From Mobula hypostoma (taxonomy: Eukaryota): a stretch of DNA of 64,000 bases. Below are positions 10,040-23,334 of this stretch, in pieces. The position numbers and the translations under genes are program-made. Under the pieces are notes generated by a model. The model ran no database searches. It had not been told where the DNA came from and saw nothing but the letters and a program-made list of their open reading frames with translations. The stretch covers positions 143,904,001 to 143,968,000 of the forward strand of contig NC_086097.1 in assembly GCF_963921235.1 (NCBI RefSeq), written 5' to 3'. Each line of letters starts with the position of its first letter. Position 1 is the first letter of the stretch.

Positions 10040-11435
10040 CAACAAAGTGGCAGATGGAAAACAGTGTAGGGAAGTGTATGGTCATGCACTTTGGTATAAG
10101 GAATAAAGGCACAGACACTTTTCTAAACGGAGTGAATTCAAAAATAAGAGGTGCAAAGGGTCTTGGAAGTCGAGTGCAGGGTTCACTAAAGGTTAACTTG
10201 CAGATTTAGTCGGTAGTAAGGGAGGCAAATGCCAAGTTAGCATTCATTTCCAGAGGACTAGAATAGAAAAGCAGACATGTAGTGCTGAAGTTTATAAAGC
10301 ATTGGTCAGAGTGCATTTCGAGTGTTGGGAATAGTTCTGGACCCTATTTCTAAGAAAGGATGTGCTGGCATAGGGGAGGGCCTGAGGAGATTAATGAGAA
10401 TGACCTTGGGAACAAAAGGGTTAACGTATGAGGCGCGTTTAAGGCTCTGGGCCTGTACTCACTGGTGTTAAGAAGAATGAGAGGGGGATCTCATTGAAAC
10501 CTAGAGAATACTGAAGGCCTAGATAGAGTGAGTTCCTTAAGGTTGATATAGTCGGGAGTGGCAGTAGGGATAAGCTCCTATTAAATGCTCCCAATGGCAA
10601 GCATCTCAAGTAGCCTCCACCAACCAAGTCTAGCTCCTGGTCTTCACGTGTGGCTTAGCTTCTAAGCCTGGCAAAGCCATTACTACTGATAGGAAAAGGG
10701 GTCAAAAGCAGGTTATTGGTGCCTTAAAGTCACTCACTTCAGGCAGATGGGGCTCATCAGCTGTGGTTGGCAGCTCATCGAGCAGAAGGAGAACTCTGAT
10801 CTCAAACCTCCGCTGCCTTGTGTCTACGCCCCAGGGAAGGCCTGAGGTAGGAAACTCTGAGGAAAAGTCCAGAGGTGGATTTCCTATGTTGAGTTCAACA
10901 TTGGCTGGCAACTCCAGTGATGGTGCTGGTGCCAAACTGTATTGGTCTCTGCCATTCCTTTAGATTTATCAGCTGCACGGAGAGGGGATCCTGATGTGTG
11001 GGCAACAGCTTGCCCACCATATTGTACTGGCCTGGCTTGCATTCTCTCACACAGACAGCTGGGACACAACATCCATGGTTGACCCCAACCAATGGAGGGT
11101 CTCAAGATAGTGTGAACATGGGGAGGATATTTCCCTAGTGGGGAAGGCTTGGACCGGAGGGCACAGCCTCAGAATATAGGGGCAGAGATGAAGGGGGATT
11201 CCCTTAGCCAGAGGGTGGTGAATCTCTGCAATTCATTGCACAGATGGCTCTGGAGACCAAGTCAACGAGTACATTTAAAGTGAAAGTTGATAGGTTCTTG
11301 ATTAGTAGGGGAATCAAAGGTTATGGGGAAAAGGCAGGAGAATGGGATTGAGAGAGAAAATAAATCATCCCTGATCAAATTATGGAGCAGACTCAATGGG
11401 CTAAAAATCCTCCTATGTCTTATTGTCTTATGGTC
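10040..11435 (+). mobile_element. Old CR1 3' fragment interrupted at 10532-11104
   Basis: Homologous to the ORF2 C-terminus and 3'UTR; tail (cttatggt)-like. Confidence 0.85.
10532..11104 (+). mobile_element. Non-coding inserted element, probably a non-autonomous RTE/Vingi-like retroelement
   Basis: 11-bp TSD agatagagtga/agatagtgtga (10521-10531, 11105-11115); GAAGGAGAACTCTGATCTCAAACC resembles RTE/Vingi 5' regions (from recall). Confidence 0.6.
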
Positions 11436-11974
11436 TAATGACCTTACCTTCCAAAGCAGTAAAGTGACAACAAGCATTATTGGCTAACATGGGTTGCCAG
11501 GCTAATGTGTTTTTCATGAAAACACTATTTCAGAAACTCAGAATAGAAAGAAGTACTGTACATGCTTGAGAAGTACCCTGTGCCGAATCTGTTTAATCTC
11601 AGTCAGTCTGCTGGCTTTGGGCTTTCGCACTTCTCTCAGCGGACTGATTTTTAATTGATAGATTGCGTGGGTTTGTAAAGTGGGGGTGGTAGATATGATA
11701 AAACATCAAGTCACCAGAAAGGCAGCAGCAATCCGACATTTGCAAGTCATTACAAGCTTTAATATGCCACTGGGCCAGATGGGACAACATGAAGATAGGC
11801 TCTTAGGTTCCCTGTGCTTCGCATGACCTGCTAATGAAAGCCAAGTGAGACTGCGGTGCCTTTTGAGAAGGTTCTGGAGCTGTCAGAGAGTCAATGAAGA
11901 GTGCATCCTTACACTGCTTTCCTGAGTGGCTTTATCAAGGCCATTCATGAAAAAACTTAGCCCTGTAACTTTAA

Positions 11975-12430
11975 TATAGACTATAGAACAGTACAGCACA
12001 GTATGGGCCCTTCAGCCACGCTGTTGTGTCGATCTTTTAACCTCGTCCACAATCAATCTATCATTTCCCTCCTGTGTAGGCCATAACCCTCCATTGTTCT
12101 TTCATCTACATGCCTATCTAAGAGCCTCTTACACATCCCTAATGTATCAGCCTCTACTACCATTCAAAGCACGTACCACTCTGAGTAAAACGCCTACCTC
12201 TGGTATCTCTGTAAACTTTCCTCCAGTCATCCTAAGCAGATTTCCTCTTGTGTTAGTCATTGTCATCCTGGGAAAAGGACACTGGCTGTCCTCTCTGCCT
12301 ATGCCACTTTCAATCGCATACAGCTTTATCAAGTTGCCTCTCATTCTCCTTTGCTCCAAAGAGAAAAAAACACAAACTTGCTCAGCCTTTCCTCAGAAGA
12401 CATTCTCTCTAATCAGGCAGCATCCTGGAA
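11975..12430 (-). mobile_element. CR1 3' fragment
   Basis: EQRRMRGNLIK peptide; CR1-type 3'UTR. Confidence 0.8.
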
Positions 12431-12599
12431 AAGGTTTACATTTGGTTTGTAAACTTTGGGATCCACAAGGGATCTGCAGTTTGGAAAGTTGAACTATATC
12501 TTGATGCCAGTTCTGCTGTTCCTACTGGATTTAATAAAGTCATGATGGGTTTGGAAAGCTAACTACAGAAATATTCTCATTAGCTACTCTAGGTGAAGA

Positions 12600-13450
12600 G
12601 GCACAGATCTCCACAGATAATTAAGCAGTCCACTCCCAAATGCGGCAAGTACTGGTCACTATCCAGGCCTGGGTTAATAGGAGACAAGTAATATTTGCAC
12701 CACACAGGTTCCAGATAATGAAGAAATCCACAAGTGAAAATTCACCCATCATCCCCTGACATTCAGTGGCACTGCCATCACTGAACCCCCCATTATCAAT
12801 ATCCTGGGTATTACCATTGACCAGAAATGGAACCAGAGACACCATATACACTATGTAAGATGGAAGGTCAGAGGCTAGTTATCACGTGGCAGGTAACTCA
12901 CCTCATAACTCTCAAAGTTATGATGCTTGTTCAGCATCTACAAGGCTCAAGAGAGGAGTGTGATGGAATACTTTCCACCTACCTGTATGAGTGCAGTTTC
13001 ACCAACATTCAAAAGCTCGACATCATAAAAGACATAGCAGACCACTTGAAAGGTGTTAATAGGTCATCCACAACCATTCACTCACTCCAGCACTGGCACA
13101 CTGTAGTAACAGATTCTTGCAGTGCATCTACAGGTTGCAACAACTTACAAAGTTGCCTTAGACAGCAGCTTTGAATCCCATTTCTTCTACCAGCTGGACA
13201 AAGACAGCAAAGGCATTGGAACACTATAACCTGGAGGATGCTCTCCAAGCCACTCACCCTCCTGACTTGTAAATATATTGCTGTTTCTTCACTGATACTG
13301 GTTCAAAATCCTAGAGCTGTCTTAATCTGCTGCGGAACAGGGGGCAGACCACACTTCGTGTTCTGCGGCGGATCAAGAAGGAAGCTCACCATCACCTTCT
13401 CAAGGAAGTTAAGTACTGACTGAGCTTGCATAACCCACATCCCTTAAATG
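12600..13450 (+). mobile_element. Very old CR1/L2-like RT C-terminal fragment
   Basis: ILGITID-like sequence; related to ~23040-23320, ~25300-25690 and ~25800-26200. Confidence 0.55.
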
Positions 13451-14189
13451 ATTATATGTAAAACAGAAACTGCAGGTGGACATTAAAGAAAGCCTTTTCC
13501 TGCAGGTTGGTGTAATCTGGCACTCAAATCCCATAAAGTAGTGGAAACAAAGCAAACAATTTCAAAAGAGTACTGTTCAGACACATAGGGGAAAATAATG
13601 TGCATATTTCTGATTGAGGTATTGCAGAGTGGAGCTGACTAGATTGCTCCTTTTGTAAAGTAATGACTCAACAATACTATGAGGACTAAAGTAAAGGAGA
13701 AGGGACATCCAAATTTTGGGCTGTAGCTGATATCCCTCAGGATAAGTGCAGGGTCCTATTGACAGCACGCACTCTACTCTATGGCAAACCAACCTTCCCT
13801 GGGATTTCTGCACCTAGAGTTAGGCTTGACAGTAGCTACTTGGAGACAAAGGACATTCATTTAAAAATGTACTGTCCTTGCCCCCACTGCCAACTCTTCC
13901 TCATTTGCGATGTCTTTGACCCTCGGTGAAAACTCTGCTCTCTAACAATTCCACCAAAGTGTGAATATCAGAGCCAAAGCGAGGATTCCCTGAGTATTGC
14001 GAAGGTGTACCACGGAGAGAGGGACCTCATGAGGTCTTATTTTTATTAAGCTGCAACATCTCCTGCTAGAAAAATAATGACATGAACCAAATCTGTAGAA
14101 ATAATGATGTTTTAAGTTATAATTATGCATGATGTTTTGCTTTCAGCTGAATTTAACTTAATCTGAATGAGTAGCGAAAGAGAGAGAGC

Positions 14190-14630
14190 GGAAGAGATTC
14201 ACCAGGATGTTGCCTGGAATGGACGGCTGTACATAGTTACTGTATCAGGAGAGAATGGATGGGTGAAGTTTATTCTCACTGGAACATGGGAGGCTGAGGG
14301 AGTGACCTTATAGATGTTTATAAGCTCATGAGGGCACAGATAGGATAAATAGTTGGAACTTTTTACCAACTGCCAGGGAGTCCAGAATGAGACAGTACAG
14401 GTTTAAGGTGAGAGGGATGACATTTACAGATTTGAGGGGTAAGGTTTTCAAGAAATTAGCTGCTGGAGAATGTAGAAGAGATGGTACTTTTTACATTTAA
14501 AATAATTTGGACAGATGCTGAATAGGAAAAGACTATAGGGATATAAGGCAAATGTTGGTAAATGGGATTAGGGTGCATAGGTATTATGATCGGCATTGAT
14601 AAGGTGGTCAAAAAGTTTTCATTTCTGTAC
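14190..14630 (+). mobile_element. CR1 3' fragment
   Basis: RFTRMLPG..RLR-DL sequence and 3'UTR. Confidence 0.75.
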
Positions 14631-14634
14631 TGTA

Positions 14635-15177
14635 CACTGAGTGGTCACTTTATTAGCTACCTCCCGTACTTAATAAAATGGCCACAGAGTGTGTACTTGT
14701 GGTCTTCTATTGCTGTAACCCATCCACTTCAAGGTGTGATGTGTTGTGCATTCAGAGGTGCACATCGCTGTTGTAACATGTGGTTATTTGAGTTACAGCC
14801 ACTTGACAGGGCATTAAGTTATCAATAATCTCTTGTTAATAAGCTACTTTTGCCCACAGAATTGCTGCTCAATTTATGTTTTTGTTTTTTACACCATTCT
14901 CTGTAAACTCGAGAGATTGTTGTGCGTGAAAATCCTAGGAGATCAGACGTTTCTGAGAGACTCATAGAATCCTATCTAACACCGACAATCATTCCACGGT
15001 CAAAGACACTTAGATCACATTTCTTCTCCATTTTGATGGTTGATCTGAACAACAACTGAACCTCTCGACCAGGTCTGCATGCCTTTATGCATTGAGTTGC
15101 TGCTATTTGATTGGTGGATTAGATATTCGCTTTATCGAGCTGTGTCAAGGTGTACCTAATAAAGTGGCCACTGCCTG
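14635..15177 (-). mobile_element. Non-autonomous Tc1/mariner element
   Basis: TIRs CACTGAGTGGTCACTTTATTAG / CTAATAAAGTGGCCACTGCCTG, TA on both sides, remnant transposase HTH sequence. Confidence 0.85.
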
Positions 15178-15929
15178 TATGTTTCTCTGAGTGTGAGGTG
15201 ACATACTCACCAGGTTGATCTAAATCCCTATTTCTCCAACTTAGCTTAGCTCCTGCAGGTGTTAATCTTGGAATTCCAGGAGGGCGACCTACAGTTTATG
15301 ATGGCATTCTATGTTCTTATCCTTTGTGAGGAGCACGGACTCCATACACCCCAATAATCTTTTCACATTTTAGAACATCCTTTTTAGAATGTGCATCTCT
15401 CAATATTTGAGCATCTAAAAACTCCTCCAAAAGCAGTGAAATTTAAAAATTTTGTGCCTGCTGAGGAACAGGAGACTCAGGGTACGAATATGAACACGCA
15501 GTCTGTAAACAGGATTAGAGCACTCAGTCTCTTGAACTACTCCGTCGTTCATTAAGGTCATGCTGAAATATTTGTAACCGGGGAAGGGTAGGAAACAGTC
15601 CCTTTACAGCATCCTGCTTTACATCCAGAGTCCTTTCAATTTTTGTCCTCCCAATCCAGAAACCACTATATTTAATACTTGCAATATTTCATTAAATGCA
15701 GATTTTCAATTGAATTTATCTACTGTTATCATGCTACAAAGAGTATGTTTCTGTTGTAGCATGGTTAAAAAGCCAATGACATGGCACACACTTGATATTT
15801 TCAGTAGAATACTGAGTGCTCCACTTGGACAGGCAAGGACAAAAGAATCCCAGGAGTCATTAGGAAAATTTTAATTTTGAAGGTACCTTTGAGAAAATCT
15901 TTGAATCTTCTGTCCACCTGGTAATCTCG

Positions 15930-16797
15930 TCCCTTTACTTTATACTTTATTGTCGCCAAACAATTGATACTAGAACGTAAAATCATCATAGTGATATTTG
16001 ATTCTGTGCTTTCCGCTCCCTGGATTACAAATCGATAGTAAATATTAAAAATTTAAATTATAAATCATAAATAGAAAATAGAAAAATGAAAATTAAGGTA
16101 GTGCAAAAAAACTGAGATGCAGGTCCAGATATTTGGAGGGTACGGCCCAGATCCGGGTCAGGATCCATTCAGCAGTCTTATCACAGTTGGAAAGAAGCTG
16201 TTCCCAAATCTGGCCGTACGAGTTTTCAAGCTCCTGAACCTTCTCCCGGAGGGAAGAGGGACGAAAAGTGTGTTGGTTGGGTGGGTCGTGTCCTTGATTA
16301 TCCTGGCAGCACTGCTCCAACAGCGTGCAATGTAAAGTGAGTCCAAGGATGGAAGATTGGTTTGTGTGATGTGCTGCGCTGTGTTCACGATCTTCTGCAG
16401 CTTCTTCCGGTCTTGGACAGGACAACTTCCATACCAGGTTGTGATGCACCCTAGAAGAATGCTTTGTACGGTGCATCTATAAAAATTAATGAGGGTTTTA
16501 GGGGACAGGCCAAATTTCTTTAGTTTTCTTAGAAAGTAAAGGTGCTGGTGGGCCTTCTTGGCAATGGACTCTGCTTGGTTAGACCAAGTCAGGTCATTTG
16601 TGATATTGACCCCGAGGAACTTAAAGCTTTTGACCTGTTCCACTTGCGCACCACTGATGTAAATTGGGTTGTGCGATCCACTACTCCTTCTGAAGTCAAC
16701 AACCAATTCCTTCGTCTTGCTGACATTGAGGGATAGGTTATTGTCTTCGCACCATGCCACCAGGTTCTTAATTTCCTCTCTGTACTCAAACTCATTC
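15930..16797 (-). mobile_element. Young 5'-truncated Rex/Babar-like LINE (RT C-terminus still open)
   Basis: NNLSLNVSKTKELVVDFR, FKFLGV, KKAHQHLYFLRKL, LPSGRR; AATAAA and (ataaagt) tail. Confidence 0.88.
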
Positions 16798-17107
16798 CTG
16801 ACAATATTCTTACAATTGTTTAACACCATTGAATGTACACTCAGTGACCACTTTGTTAGATACAGGAGTGGAATTGAGTGGGACCTTCTGTTGCTATAGC
16901 CCATGTTCAAGGTTTGATGTGCTTTGCATTCAGAGGTGCTCTTCTGCACATTATTGTTATTTGAGTTACTGTCACTTTTCTGTCAGCTTGAATCAGTCTC
17001 GCCATTCTTCTCTAATCTCTCTTATTAACAAGGCATTTTTGTCCACAGAACTGTCATTCACTGGATTTTTTTTTTATTTTTCACACCATTCTCTGTAAGC
17101 TCTAGAG

Positions 17108-17191
17108 CAGGAGTTCCCAACCATTTTTATGCCATGGATCATTTTATTCCATTAAGGAAGGGGTCTGTTAACCCCATTTTGGGAACCACTG
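17108..17191. mobile_element. 84-bp hAT (Charlie-like) MITE
   Basis: TIR CAGGAGTTCCCAA / TTGGGAACCACTG; 8-bp TSD ctctagag/ctcttgag. Confidence 0.85.
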
Positions 17192-17319
17192 CTCTTGAGA
17201 TTGTTATGCATGAAATTCTCAGGAGATGGGCAGTTTCTGAGATACTTAAACCCTGGCATCAGCAATCATGCTGCAGTAAAAGTCACTTGCGTCACATTTC
17301 TTCCCCATTCTGATGATTG

Positions 17320-17642
17320 CTCCATCATGGACACTAGCCTCCTTAGCATCAAGGACAACTTCAAAAGGCAATGGCCCAAAAAGGTAGCATCCATCATCAA
17401 GGACAACCATCACCCAGAACATGCCCTCTTCTCATTACTATCATCAAGGAGGAAGTACAGGAGCCTGAAGGCACACAACCAGCATCATAGGAGGACCTTC
17501 TTCCCCACTGCCATCAGATTTCGGAATGGACAATGAACCCATAGTAATTTATAGTTCTTATTATGTATTGTAATGTACTGTTGCCAAGAAACAACATATT
17601 TCGCAACTTATGCCAGTGATATTAAACCTGATTCTGATTCTG
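17320..17642 (+). mobile_element. Rex/Babar-like 3' fragment nested in the Tc1 element
   Basis: KVASIIKD..HPEHALFSLL; (ctgatt)n tail. Confidence 0.75.
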
Positions 17643-19964
17643 GTCTGAACAATTGAACCTCTTGACCATATCTGCATGCTTTTATACATTGACTTGCTGC
17701 AACATGATTGCCTGAGTAGATATTTGCATTAACAGGCAGGTGTACAGGTATACCTAATAAAGTGGCCACTGAGTGTAATAAACGCAAGCAAGTTCCTCTA
17801 AGCAGCAACATAAAAGTAAAATAGATAATTAGTATATTTGTGGCGTTGGTTGAGGACAACATTTTGACTGAGAAGCTGTTGGATTTTGTTCTTTTTCGAA
17901 AAGTATGTGGAACATGAAATGAAAACATAAATTGTGACACTCTAGGTCAGACAGTATCTGTGCAGGGAAAATGGTGCAGACTCCTTCATCAAAGCTTGCA
18001 AATCTGACATGGCACATGTGGCCTTGCCTTAACAGCTACCCAAAAAGACTCAACTTCCGCAGTGGAGAACCTTCCCAGAACTGTATCAGACTGGAATCCA
18101 CATTCAAGTTGTTTCGCGAGTAGAACGTAAATCCAGGACAGTTTATCTTGGAGTACTGTCCCCATTCTCATGATTCATACCTGACACTAGTTTCCAATGC
18201 ACTGGTGACCTATGATTACATCATGATTGCTGAGACCCTAAGCAGACAGTTGGAAAGTTTTGAATTTATGTGTTGATGACAGCCTCTCAACCTGTCTGTG
18301 CTTGTTTATAATGCCTTTGTTCAGTAATAAAAACTCCTGAAGTGAAATCACATCTCCATCAGAAGGCAGGGAGGACCAGACAGCGAGGATGACAGACGAA
18401 GGCTTTCGGGCAAATGTTGTGCTCACAGTGATTTACACTCAAAGCAGAATGCGGTGCTTTAAGGGGCCGGACATTGTCGTCAGAACGCTGGTATGCTGCT
18501 GACTGGTCATAATTGCACCTGAAGCTGACAGGGTTCCAACTATTTCAGATAAATGAAATTTCATGTTTCTCCAGCTGCAGGCCACATTGAAAGCTGAATG
18601 AGATCATTTAGCCCATCATATTGTTACGGGCGAGAGAACCAAAATCACTCACCAACCCATCATCAGTTTCAGTCCCAACATTCTGGACATTGAAGTTAAC
18701 CTGCCACCCCCTTAGACTAGTGAATATGGTACTTTAGAAGATTTTAATTAGCCCACTGGGAAAATTGCCACACTCGGAAGCCAAATCAATGGCCATTGCA
18801 TGTTGTTTTGTCGGCTGTGGGGTGAGGGAAAAATGTTGAATTAGACAGTAGAAGAAGAAGAAGGAACAAATTGCTTCCAATATAATAACATGCCTAGGTA
18901 TTTTACTTTAGAGGTGCCCGTTATCCACTGCAATATTCGGAAACATGGCAGGTAACTTATACACGGCAAAAACTACAACAGTGGAATAATGGTCAGACAG
19001 ATTATTTGTTTATAATGTTCCCTGTGTGATGAATATTGACCAGGACAATAGGTAAATTTTCTCGCACCTCTTTGAATAATGCCAAGTGATTTTTCATTGG
19101 GAGGGAAAGCAGTTTCTCTGTATTACAGCTCAGTGAAAAGTGGCTCTGATGAATGCGGCTCAGGAGTGTTCATTCACAATTTCTGTTCAAGACTTTGGAT
19201 GTGTTTATTCCCACAGTGATCAGGTTTAAATTCAGGTGTGTGCTGCAAACTAAGTCACAGCTGAAAGCACTTTCCTTTTCAATAGACATCTCAGCTCGAC
19301 ATCACAACTAGAGACAAAAGTAGGTATTTATAGCAGGTATCTAGTGATGGAGAAGCCAGCAGTTGGCTGGTTAGGTTCCCATCTGGAGAGTCTGTGGCTT
19401 GCTTGAATCTGCTCTTCCTTGTTCTTCCTCCATAATATCTGACATCATTTTATTCTGCGGCCAAGTGGAAGGGAACTGGAGGAGCTCTTGCCTGAAAGGG
19501 CCTGGCCCATATTCATAGCTGTGATAAGTGAGGTATTAGCAAATTAGTCTGAAAATAAAGCCAAGCAGTTAAATGCAGAAGACAGTAGAGTTCTGAACTG
19601 GTTCCATTTTGAATATAAACACTGGTACTGATCATTTTTTGTGAGGTTATTATACGGTTTGATTGAAGGGTGGGTAAACGGCACATGGATCATAGAATGG
19701 CAAGTCAGATGGCAGCAGAGAAATCTGAACTACCTTTTATCGTTCCAGTCCTGGCCAAAAGTGATGAGAATTTCGGCTGAAGAAGCATCCAGGTTTATCT
19801 GGGAAATGTAAAGTCTAAAAGCCCTGTACAGTTGCTGTGCTAGTGGAGATCACAGAATGTATGAGGTGTACAATATAAAGTTGATGCCTCAGTGTGTGGC
19901 TTGCTAAGCTGAACTCCAAAGTAAAGTTAGATTATCACTGGCAATGTTTCAGATTTGTAAATCT

Positions 19965-22256
19965 GACAAAGGTGAAGGTATAACCTATACAAAAGGGACG
20001 AGTTACACCTGAACTCAAGGGGAATCAATATCCTTTTGGGCAGGATTACTGGAACTACAGGGAGGGTTTGCACTAGTTTGGCAGGGGAATGATAAAGTGG
20101 AGGATGGGGCAAATGGTGTAAATGTATATGCAGCATGCAGAGAGACTGTGGGGAAAGACAGACCGTGGAAAGGGGCATCGTTGCAGTTGGATGGAATGAA
20201 ATGTGTCTATTTTCATGACGGAAGTATCAGGAACAAGGGCAATGAGCTTAGAGAATGGGTCAGTATATGGAACTACAACATTGTTGCCATTACAGAGGCT
20301 TGGCTATCACCAGGGCAGGAATGGCTCCTGGGTGTTCTGGGCTTTGGATGTTTCAAAAGGGACAGGGAGAGATGTAAAAGAGGTGGGGGAGTGACATTGC
20401 CAATCAGGGAGAACATCGCTGTTTCAGAAAGGGAGGATGCTGTAGAAGGATTGACTACTGAGACAGTACGGATAGGAGTCAGATACAAGAGAGCAAACAC
20501 TCTAGACCCACCAATAGCAATAGAGATACTTAGGTGAACATCACAAGGCTGATTTTGTAGGAAATTATGATGCAATTAGGCAGGAATTTTGGAGTGTAAA
20601 TTCATGATGGATGTGCACAACAGAAATGTGGAGATTGTCTAGGGAGCACCTGGATGGGGTCTGAATAGGTTTGTCCCATGGAGGCAGGCAAAGGATGGTG
20701 GGGTGAAGGAACCATGATTGGCAACAGATGTGCAACATCTAGTCGGGAGAAAGAAAGGAGTGTGCTTAAGGCTTAGGAAGCAAGGATCAGAATCACTAGA
20801 GAGTTACAAAATATCCAGGAAGGAACTTAAAAATAAACTTAGGGGAGCTCGAAGCAGTCATGAAAAGGGCTTGGCAAGAAAGATTAAGGAAAATCCCAGG
20901 GCATTCGACACATATGTGAAGAATAAGAGGATGACTAGAGTGAGGGTAGGACTGATTAGGGATAAAAGAGGAAACGTGTCTGCAGACAGAGGAGGGAGGG
21001 GAGGTCCCTAATGAATATTTGCTTCAGTATTCACCAGTGAGAGGGACCTTGATGAATGTGAGGTCAGCGTAGTGAGCAATGTGAGGCTAATATGCTGGAT
21101 CATATCAATGTTAAGGAAAGAAGATGTGCTGAAACTTCTGAAAAACATTAGGATAGGTAAGTCCCCAGGGCCAGATGAGAATTATAGATAGATGAGAGTC
21201 ACAGTAGTGCTGGGCAAACTACTGGAAATGAATCTTAGGCACTGGATATACGAGCATTTGGAGAAGCACAGTCTGACTATGGATAGCCAGCATGGTCTTG
21301 TGAGGGACAGGTTGTACCTCATGAACTGATTGAATTCTTCGAGGAAGTGACATAACAAATTGATGACGGCAGAGCAGTGGATGTAGTGTATGTGGATTTT
21401 AGTCAGGTGTTCGACATGGCTCTCATGGAAGACGCACTCAGAAAATCAGGAGGCATGGGACCCTGAGAAAAATGGATTCAGAACTAGCTTGCCCACAAAA
21501 GGCAGGAGGTGGTAGTTGATGGAATGCATCCTGCCTGGAGGCTGGTGACCAGTGTTGCCCCACAGGGATCTGATCTGGGAGCCCTTCCATTTCTGATTTT
21601 TATAAACAACTTGGTTGAGGTGGGTTAATGAGCGTGCGGGTAACATGAAGGCTGGTGGTGTCGTGGATAGTGCAGTGGTTGTTGCAGGTTACAACAGGAC
21701 ATTGATAGGATGCAAAGCTGGGCAGAGTGGTGGCAGATAAAGTTCAATCTGTGGTGATTCACACTGGAAAGTCCAAATTGAAGTAGAATACAGTGTTAAT
21801 GGCATGATTCTTAACAATGTGGAGGAATGGAGGGATCTTGTGGTTCACACCCATAGCTTGCAGCACAAGCTGATAAGGTTGTTAAGGCGTATGTTATGTT
21901 GGCTTTCATTAGTCAGGGGATTGAATTCAAGAGACGCAGCTCTATAAAATTCTGGTTAGATCATATTTGATTTATTGTGTTCAGTTCTGGTCACCTCATT
22001 ATCCGAAAGATGTGGAAGCTTTAAATAAGGACGGAGGAGATTTACTGGGATGCTGCTTGGATTATAGAACATGTGTTATGAGGATAGGATGAGCCAGCTC
22101 GGGCTTTTCTCTCTGGAGTGAAGGAGGATGTGAGGTGACTTGATAAATGTATATCAGATGATAAGAGGCGTGGATACAGTGGACAGCCAAGGGGCTTTTT
22201 TCCCCCAGGGTAGAAGTGACTAATATGACGTGGCAAATTTTTAAGGTGATTGGAGG
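19965..22256 (+). mobile_element. Decayed, internally deleted CR1 (ORF1 end through ORF2)
   Basis: ORF1 end DELHLN..EGLH*, APE VAITEAW/RGGGV, RT remnants. Confidence 0.88.
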
Positions 22257-22887
22257 AAAGTCTAGGGCACATACATATAGCTAGAGTGCCTAAGAATTGC
22301 GCGCAGTACTGTAGTAATTTTATGTGATGATGAACCCGATTCTGATTGTGATATGGGTCTCTGTTATGGACTGAGTGTGGGAAGGGTTCAGGGAGAGGGG
22401 AATTATGGTTTGGAAAAGAGGAAGAGAGAGGGGAGGGAGCAGGAAGCACATTCTGTAAGAGAGACAGGAGAGACATTCTGTAATGATCAATAAACCAATT
22501 ACTGAGAATCTGATGACCTTCTCAGGGCTGACTGTGTCTGCACCTGCATCACCCCCTGCCACTGGCACTCCCTCTCTGCCAACTGTCCCACACCCTTCCC
22601 GTGGCGCTCCACCCTTGCCGTTCCCAACACCCTTTGCTCCTGCCAAAGGGTCTTGGCCCAAGACATCGACTGTACTCTTTCCATAGATGCTGCCTGGCCT
22701 GCTGAGTTCCTCCAGCATTTTGTCTGTGTTGCTCGGATTTCCAGCATCTGCTGATTTTCTCGTTTACCCTTTGCTCCTGCCAGATTTACAAACTTTCTCT
22801 CCGCTTCACATTGACAAATACGGTACTGTGCAAAAGTCATAGGCACCCTAGCTATATACATGTACCTAAGACTTTCGCACAGTACTG
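22257..22887. mobile_element. Composite Tc1-like element bounded by two inverted palindromic mini-MITEs
   Basis: Units 22257-22311 (left end truncated) and 22821-22887 are each self-complementary and mutually inverted. Confidence 0.65.
22646..22765 (+). mobile_element. 120-bp Penelope pLTR fragment with 17-bp TSD
   Basis: accctttgctcctgcca at 22629-22645 and 22766-22782. Confidence 0.85.
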
Positions 22888-23334
22888 AACCTCACACACA
22901 TGAAGGGGGTTGCTGTTGTCTGCAGTCAGTCATTCCATCTTCAGATATTACTACTGAGCTTCCTCAGGGCAGAGTCCTAGGCTCATAATCTTTTACCTTC
23001 TTCATTTCATCATAATATCTGGCATGGGCGTGTTTGCTGATGGCTCCACAACCTCTTCCCAGCTCCTCAGCAAATGAAGGAGTCCCTGTCTGCACGCAGC
23101 AACATCCACACAGCAATTAGGCATAAACCGATAAACGGAAAGAAATATTTGTACCAGGCAATAACCATTCCCAACAAGAAAATAAATCCAGCCATCTGGC
23201 CTTGATATAATACTGTACTGCAGTTATTTATCCAGCAAATTTCATTCCACAACTTCTATCATCAATGGGGACAAGGACTGCAAGCACCCTCAGGGTTCCC
23301 TCCAACTTCACATACCATCCTTCATGATCTCTAA

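Larger units (their letters stand above)
16838..17775 (-). mobile_element. Non-autonomous Tc1/mariner element (same family as 14635) with two nested inserts
   Basis: TIRs CACTCAGTGACCACTTTG / TAAAGTGGCCACTGAGTG with TA TSD. Confidence 0.85.

Noticed and set aside
16158..16949. 263-aa ORF as a host gene
   Set aside because: Chance chimera: N-terminus from the Tc1 MITE and flank, remainder a LINE RT C-terminus
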